Source of the DNA: Syntrophorhabdaceae bacterium
Lineage (GTDB): Bacteria; Desulfobacterota; Syntrophorhabdia; Syntrophorhabdales; Syntrophorhabdaceae
Length of the DNA stretch: 64,000 nt
Reading direction: 5' to 3'
NCBI GenBank assembly: GCA_963665295.1
Contig: OY762209.1
Span: 3,968,001-4,032,000, forward strand
The position numbers and the translations under genes were made by a program. The notes beneath the pieces are model-generated. The model ran no database searches, was not told the origin of the DNA, and saw nothing but the letters and a program-made list of their open reading frames with translations. Of the stretch, positions 58,675 through 64,000 are shown in pieces; position 1 is the first letter of the stretch; every line of letters begins with the position of its first letter.

Positions 58675-60158
58675 CAAAATTCGCGACACCTTGTCTCAGG
58701 AGATCGGCCTTGGCCACCGCCATGGTCCTGATTCTGGCGCTGCACTTCCCGTTGACCGCAGCGCCCCAAAACACCACGACAACTGTGCGAAAAGCGTCTT
58801 TTGCGGGCTCCTTTTATCCGGCGGATAGAGCTACCCTCGACAAGAACGTTTCCGGCTATCTGAAGGCCGCCGAATCGAAGGGCAATCGCACTCCTGCCCC
58901 TATCATCGGCATCATTGCTCCCCATGCGGGATATCAGTACTCGGGAGGCGTTGCCGGGTCCGCATACAGTGCGTTGAAGGGCGGAGAGTACAAGACAGTC
59001 ATACTCCTGGGACCGAGCCACCAGACATGGTTCAAGGGTGTATCTGTCGACCTCCAAAGTGGATGGGAAACACCTCTCGGCATAGTCCCCGTGGACCACG
59101 AGACGGCGCGGACCCTCCTGGAGAGATGCAAATTCGCCAAACCCTACACCCCTGCCTTTCAACGCGAACATTCTCTTGAGGTCCAACTCCCCTTCCTCCA
59201 AAAGACCCTCGGAAAGTTCAAGATAGTGCCCCTCGCCACGGGGTCCATGGATGACGACGACTACGCGGCCCTCGCCTCGGTCCTCGCCTCCCTCGTGAAG
59301 GATCACCCCCGGAAGATTCTGATCGTGGCTTCCTCCGACATGTCCCACTATCACCCTTATGACCTCGCAAAGACCATGGACCGTCTTGCCCTCGCCGACA
59401 TGGAATCTCTTGATGTTCCCAAATTGACAGGCGATATACGGAAAGGGAAATGTGAACTCTGCGGGCTGCAGGCTGTGGTCACTCTTATCTCGGTTGCCCG
59501 GAGCCTCGGTGCCGAAGCTCATATTCTCAGTTACGCGAATTCGGGCGATGTGACGGGAGATAGAGACAGGGTTGTCGGATACGGGGCGATAGCCTTTTCC
59601 CTCCGGGAGGGAGACCACGGCCTCGACAAAAGAGAACAGGGGGTGCTCCTCAGTGTGGCCCGCAAGGCAGTTGAGGCGTCCGTCCTTGGGAAGCGCCTGC
59701 CACAACCGGACATAAAGGATTCGAAGCTGCAGGAGAAACGGGGTGCCTTTGTCACCCTTAGAAAGAAGGGTGACCTCAGGGGATGTGTGGGTTACGTGGC
59801 GCCCGTCCGCCCTTTATACGAAGCCGTATCCGAGATGGCCATGGCGGCATCGAGCCGGGACACTCGTTTTCGCCCGGTCTCCAGGGAGGAATTGAAGGAC
59901 ATCCATATAGAGATATCGGTGTTGAGCCCCATGAAGCCGGTTACCGACCCGACGGAAATCGAAGTGGGACGCCATGGTCTGTACATCACGCGGGGTGGGT
60001 TTTCGGGCCTCCTCCTCCCGCAGGTTGCCTCCGAGTATAGCTGGAACCGGGACGAGTTTTTAAGGCAGACGTGCATTAAAGCAGGACTCCCATCCAATTC
60101 CTGGAAAGAGAAAGGCACAAACGTCTACAGCTTCTCCGCGCAGATATTTTCCGAGTAG
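58671..60158 (+). CDS. amrB: fused AmmeMemoRadiSAM protein B (MEMO1) and protein A (AMMECR1) with signal peptide
   Basis: AGSFYP, PHAGYQYSG, GPSH, EHSLEVQLPFLQ and SSDMSHY; then GAFVTL, LRGCVG, IEISVLS, LLLPQVA and C.KAG; ATGA overlap with amrS. Confidence 0.92.
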   Translation: MTKFATPCLRRSALATAMVLILALHFPLTAAPQNTTTTVRKASFAGSFYPADRATLDKNVSGYLKAAESKGNRTPAPIIGIIAPHAGYQYSGGVAGSAYSALKGGEYKTVILLGPSHQTWFKGVSVDLQSGWETPLGIVPVDHETARTLLERCKFAKPYTPAFQREHSLEVQLPFLQKTLGKFKIVPLATGSMDDDDYAALASVLASLVKDHPRKILIVASSDMSHYHPYDLAKTMDRLALADMESLDVPKLTGDIRKGKCELCGLQAVVTLISVARSLGAEAHILSYANSGDVTGDRDRVVGYGAIAFSLREGDHGLDKREQGVLLSVARKAVEASVLGKRLPQPDIKDSKLQEKRGAFVTLRKKGDLRGCVGYVAPVRPLYEAVSEMAMAASSRDTRFRPVSREELKDIHIEISVLSPMKPVTDPTEIEVGRHGLYITRGGFSGLLLPQVASEYSWNRDEFLRQTCIKAGLPSNSWKEKGTNVYSFSAQIFSE

Positions 60159-60429
60159 GTCCCGGAGGACTCGGCCGAAGGCGCCGGGACGCCCTCTTTA
60201 CCGGGAGGTCCGGGCGCCCTGCCCCCTTCCGAAAGGTCCGCCAGTTCCGAAAGATAGACGCACAGATGAAGCCTCTCGTAAAGAGGCTCGTCGGGGTTAT
60301 ACCTTACCCACCCTTCCGGTATCGCTTCTCCGCCTGTTGACGACGCTCCGTCTTCCATTTTAATATGATACGTGCGCAAGGCCACTTTGTCAAACCCGGT
60401 TCAGGCCTTGCAATGGGAGAGACCAGGTC

Positions 60430-61374
60430 ATGGAGAAAGTGAAGATCGGGATCAGCAGGTGCCTGCTCGGTGAAAAGGTCCGCTACAACGGGGAGCGCAA
60501 ACAGGATTATTTTCTTACCGAAACCATGGGGCCTTATGTTGACTGGCGTCCTGTCTGTCCTGAGGTGGAGTGCGGTCTCGGTGTACCCAGGGAGGCTATG
60601 CACCTCGTGGGCAACCCCGCGGCTCCGAGCTTGAAAACCCTTTATACCAATGTGGACCACACGGACCGCATGATGAAATGGGTGGGGACCGGACTGCGGG
60701 ATCTCAGGGACGCCGGACTATGCGGTTTTATCTTCAAGAGCAGGTCTCCGAGTTCGGGGATGCGCGGCGTGAAGATCCACACATCCCCCGGTAGGGCTCC
60801 GGCAAAAGGTGCAGGGATTTTTGCCGCAGCTTTTATGCGCCGTTATCCTCTTATCCCCGTTGAGGATGAGGAACGGCTCCACAACCCCTCGCTGAGGGGT
60901 AACTTCATTACGAGGGTTTTCACGTTGAAACGATGGAGAGAGCTACTTGCCCGCGACACCTCACTCAAAGGGCTGATGGAATTCCACGGCGCCCACAAGT
61001 ACCTTATCCTTTCCCACAGCCGCGCTCACTCCACGGCTCTTGGCCGTCTCCTTGCAACGCCAGGCAATTCCACGACGGATATCCAGGACAAATATATAAC
61101 CACGTTGATGGAAGGCCTTCGCCTCATTTCCACGGCCGGAAAGAATACGGATGCTCTGCTGCACATGGTGGGCTATTTCAAGAAACAACTCTCCCACGAC
61201 GAAAAAGAAGAATTGCTGGAGGCCGTCGCGGACTACCGTAAGGGCATTATGCCCCTTGCCGTGCCCCTCGTTCTTCTCCGTCATTACGTCCTTAAACACA
61301 AGGAACAATATCTCTCCAAACAGGTCTATCTCTATCCTAACCCCGCGGAATTCATGTTGACAAACCACCCATGA
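60430..61374 (+). CDS. DUF523/DUF1722 (YbgA, thiouracil desulfidase-like) protein
   Basis: GISRCLLGEKVRYNG, CPEVECGLGVPRE, KSRSPSSG, FH..HKY, H..GYFKK and YL..Q.YL.P. Confidence 0.88.
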   Translation: MEKVKIGISRCLLGEKVRYNGERKQDYFLTETMGPYVDWRPVCPEVECGLGVPREAMHLVGNPAAPSLKTLYTNVDHTDRMMKWVGTGLRDLRDAGLCGFIFKSRSPSSGMRGVKIHTSPGRAPAKGAGIFAAAFMRRYPLIPVEDEERLHNPSLRGNFITRVFTLKRWRELLARDTSLKGLMEFHGAHKYLILSHSRAHSTALGRLLATPGNSTTDIQDKYITTLMEGLRLISTAGKNTDALLHMVGYFKKQLSHDEKEELLEAVADYRKGIMPLAVPLVLLRHYVLKHKEQYLSKQVYLYPNPAEFMLTNHP

Positions 61375-61462
61375 CCGAAGGGACGAGTGAGAATGACCGC
61401 ATTGTCTTACTACTACATGATACCTCCGGCCGACGGCTGGAAGTATCTCAGGAAGGTGTATT

Positions 61463-61993
61463 TTGATCGATCTTTTACGCGCAAGGAGAAGTGTACGGAA
61501 GTACGAGGGTCGGCCCGTTGACGCAAGGTCTCTCGAGATCATAAAGGAGGCCCTGCTTCGCTCTCCGTCCGGCAGGAGCATCAACCCCTGGACGTTTATC
61601 TTTGTGGACGACCCCGGCCTTCTCTCACGCCTCGCAGAGGCAAAAGAACAGGGCTCCCGTTTCCTTGAACACGCTGCCCTCGGTATTGTAGTCTGCGGGG
61701 ATGAAACAAAGACCGACGTGTGGGTCGAGGACTGCTCCATTGCCTCCATTGTGGCGCACCTTGTCACACACTCGCTGGGGCTTGGAAGTTGCTGGATCCA
61801 GATCAGAAACAGGTTTCATTCCCCGGACAAGACCTCGGAAGAGTACGTGCAGGAACTCCTCGGCATCCCGAAAAATGTGAAGGTCGAATCGATCATCAGC
61901 ATCGGGTACCCTGCGGAGGCCAAAACTCCCCTTCCCGCTGAGAAATTGGATTACGGAAAGATAAGACACAACCGGTATGGGGAGACCCCGTAA
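61463..61993 (+). CDS. nitroreductase-family protein
   Basis: RRSVRKY, SPSGR..NPW.F, EDCSIA, LGLGSCW and IGYP. Confidence 0.9.
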   Translation: MIDLLRARRSVRKYEGRPVDARSLEIIKEALLRSPSGRSINPWTFIFVDDPGLLSRLAEAKEQGSRFLEHAALGIVVCGDETKTDVWVEDCSIASIVAHLVTHSLGLGSCWIQIRNRFHSPDKTSEEYVQELLGIPKNVKVESIISIGYPAEAKTPLPAEKLDYGKIRHNRYGETP

Positions 61994-62023
61994 CCCTCTG
62001 ACGGAAAACGCAAACAGGCCCGG

Positions 62024-63340
62024 CTACTGCCCCGTCCCGCCCGCTCCGGCCGCCCGGGCCCCAGCGTTCTTGCCTTGGGCCCGGGCGGCCGTGTCGATAG
62101 CCTGATGCGCCAGATCTATGGACTGACCCAGGGTGCCCAGGGCCTGAACGGGGTTATGGAAACCCATTCCGTTCTCGGCGGCTACAAAATCCCAGTACCA
62201 TTGAGCTTTTCTTACAAGCTCCCTTGCCGCCTCAAGCTGGGCCCGGTCCGCCGTCCCTCTCGATGCCGCCCTGCCTATGGCCTCATGGGCTTTTGCCACA
62301 AGCTGCCCTGCCGTCCGCTGCAAAAGCCAGGTTGTGTCCTGCGTGGCCTTAACCCGTCCGGACAGCCATTCAGGGCTCTGTTCGTGACACGGACGGCATG
62401 ATGCTTCCATGGTCCTCATGGGGCTCGTGACCCAATGGGAGCTATATTTTCGGTTTCCTTCCTTCATGGAAGGCATATGGCAGTCCGCGCAGGAGACGCC
62501 TGCCGTGCCATGGGTCCCCGTACTCCACGTCTCGAAGTCGGGATGCTGGGCCTTCAGCATATTTGCCTTGGAATCGGGATGCTCCCAATCCCGGGTGAAA
62601 CCTCCGGGACTGGGAGCATAGTACGCATAGGTCTGATCAGGCCGGAGCCCCCTGTCCCACGGGAATATCACGCGGGACGTGCCGGGCTCGAAATAATACT
62701 CCGAATGGCACTGACCGCACACATAACTCCTCATCTCCTGCCGGGATGCCTTTTTCACGTCAACACCCCTCCGATGCATCGCTTCAATAAAAGCAGGATT
62801 GATGACCCTGAGGCTCATGGTCGCAGGATCATGGCAGTTGGCGCAGGTGATGGTCTGTTTCATTTTCGGAAATAACTCACCTATGGGTGTTTTCGCATAT
62901 GACCAGCCCTTGTCCCGGTAAATATCAATGAGATTGGCCGTCTTGCAGGTCATGCAAGCCCCCGGGCTCGCCATGGTAATCCTTTTGGTCTCCTTGATGT
63001 CTTCAAGAGCGTAGGGATGGCCCCTGTCTTCGCTATAATCTTTACTGAAGGGCATTCCTCTGAAGTTTGTGAGAATCTCGGGTTCCTTCGTGGAGTGCTG
63101 AAATTTGATGCTCCCGCCGTAGCCCGTTGGCGATGGCGCCATCTCCAGGTTCTTCTTGTAGCTCTCGTACTGAAGGGGATAGAGCTTCCCCCAGTACGCG
63201 GGGTCGTATTCTCCCGCCGGTATCGCGGGAGGTTTGATATCCGACGCGGGTTTCTGCGCGATGACTTTCACCACAAAAAGGCTGAGTAAGAAAAAGACCG
63301 GTACAAGGGCTGCCACGAGTGGTTTTGTTCTCCCCTTCAT
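62024..63340 (-). CDS. nrfA: pentaheme cytochrome c nitrite reductase (ammonia-forming)
   Basis: CMTCK plus four CxxCH motifs, DRGH, KAQHP and AENGMGFHNP; N-terminal hydrophobic leader; AGGAGG RBS. Confidence 0.93.
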   Translation of the reverse strand: MKGRTKPLVAALVPVFFLLSLFVVKVIAQKPASDIKPPAIPAGEYDPAYWGKLYPLQYESYKKNLEMAPSPTGYGGSIKFQHSTKEPEILTNFRGMPFSKDYSEDRGHPYALEDIKETKRITMASPGACMTCKTANLIDIYRDKGWSYAKTPIGELFPKMKQTITCANCHDPATMSLRVINPAFIEAMHRRGVDVKKASRQEMRSYVCGQCHSEYYFEPGTSRVIFPWDRGLRPDQTYAYYAPSPGGFTRDWEHPDSKANMLKAQHPDFETWSTGTHGTAGVSCADCHMPSMKEGNRKYSSHWVTSPMRTMEASCRPCHEQSPEWLSGRVKATQDTTWLLQRTAGQLVAKAHEAIGRAASRGTADRAQLEAARELVRKAQWYWDFVAAENGMGFHNPVQALGTLGQSIDLAHQAIDTAARAQGKNAGARAAGAGGTGQ

Positions 63341-63507
63341 CGTCTTACCTCCTTTTTCACTGAAACGCCCCGTTCCGCGGACCAGGTGGCGGCGGTCCGC
63401 CCGGCGCGTCACAATCTTCGCATCCATCCCGCACGATTGCAGCAGACCGTTTCTACCGCCCTATGGTAATTGTATGTCCGGCCTCGCCTTTCTGCAACCT
63501 GCACCCT

Positions 63508-64000
63508 TCAGGGAATCCGGTATGCACCTCCTTCTTCCATGACGAGCCCTTCTTTCATCATCCGTCCGAGTATGTCCCGCACCCTTTCAGGTTCGGCCCC
63601 GGCCCGTTCCGTAATAACCTTCTCAGGGACGTGCGCGCCTTCAAGAAGGAGCCGCAATACGGCCCCCCTTATTCGCCTGTCCGACCCCTTGAAGGACGTC
63701 TGCTTTCGATAGTGCGCACTCCTTCTGTTGGCATTACCTCCGCTTTTTCCGAGCATGGAGCCATAGTCCATGAGGGCGTAGTACCATCGGCGGGGATCAT
63801 TCCTGTCGAGGGTCTGTCCCACCAGAGGGGCAATGTCTTTGTCGCTCACGGCTTCCCCTTCACCGAAGAAGTGATCGATAAACACGCGCCTGATATTCGT
63901 CTCTATGAAGACCGTGGGCATGCCGAAAGCGAAGGTCGCCACGGAACACGCTGTCGCCTTTCCTATCCCCGGAAGCCCCGCCAATTCTTCCACCGACTCG
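63508..64000 (-). CDS. mutY: A/G-specific adenine glycosylase (MutY-like, short form), 5' end off window
   Basis: LPGIGKATA HhH motif, ETNIRRV, ALMDYG and QTSFKGSDRRIRG. Confidence 0.8.
   Translation of the reverse strand, partial: ESVEELAGLPGIGKATACSVATFAFGMPTVFIETNIRRVFIDHFFGEGEAVSDKDIAPLVGQTLDRNDPRRWYYALMDYGSMLGKSGGNANRRSAHYRKQTSFKGSDRRIRGAVLRLLLEGAHVPEKVITERAGAEPERVRDILGRMMKEGLVMEEGGAYRIP

Noticed and set aside
60125..60385. 86-aa minus-strand ORF between amrB-A and DUF523
   Set aside because: No SD or motif and it overlaps the amrB-A end; cannot be supported, though not excluded

Overview
A gene-dense chromosomal window, probably from an anaerobic Desulfobacterota (deltaproteobacterial) organism, plausibly a syntroph; the taxon is inferred from gene content only. 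In order it carries: (1) a partial Na+-translocating decarboxylase beta subunit; (2) a MauE/exported-rhodanese pair and dusB; (3) a small secreted Pro/Tyr-rich protein; (4) a catabolic cluster of abfD, gntR, a divergent sucCD-like ligase, aldehyde:ferredoxin oxidoreductase and MoaD; (5) a SWIM-SNF2 helicase; (6) a group II Mo-nitrogenase cluster (nifA-like, nifH-I1-I2-D-K-E-N-B, [2Fe-2S] ferredoxin); (7) lepA-hemW, slyD and a degenerate ychF paralog; (8) a divergent type II secretion locus (gspF-N and gspCDE); (9) tRNA-Val-yebC and tRNA-Ser-ffs-dnaX-ybaB-recR; (10) a secreted FecR-like protein with a long Pro/Gln/Gly repeat tail; (11) a membrane spermidine-synthase-fold protein followed by an AmmeMemoRadiSAM module; (12) DUF523/DUF1722, a nitroreductase, an orphan nrfA and a partial mutY. 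Four signals stand out. First, the AmmeMemoRadiSAM proteins carry export signals (a near-consensus Tat motif on the radical SAM enzyme) and sit beside a membrane SpeE-fold protein that has lost the aminopropyltransferase Asp residues, suggesting an extracytoplasmic SAM-dependent system. Second, two secreted proline-rich proteins about 47 kb apart share a sigma54 promoter and a paired CCGAC-N6-GTCGG enhancer. Third, the Mo-nif promoter has AnfA-type TAC-N6-GTA sites and a -12A sigma54 box. Fourth, there is a candidate 4-hydroxyacid-CoA pathway using a SucCD paralog. All calls come from reading motifs by eye; no searches were run.
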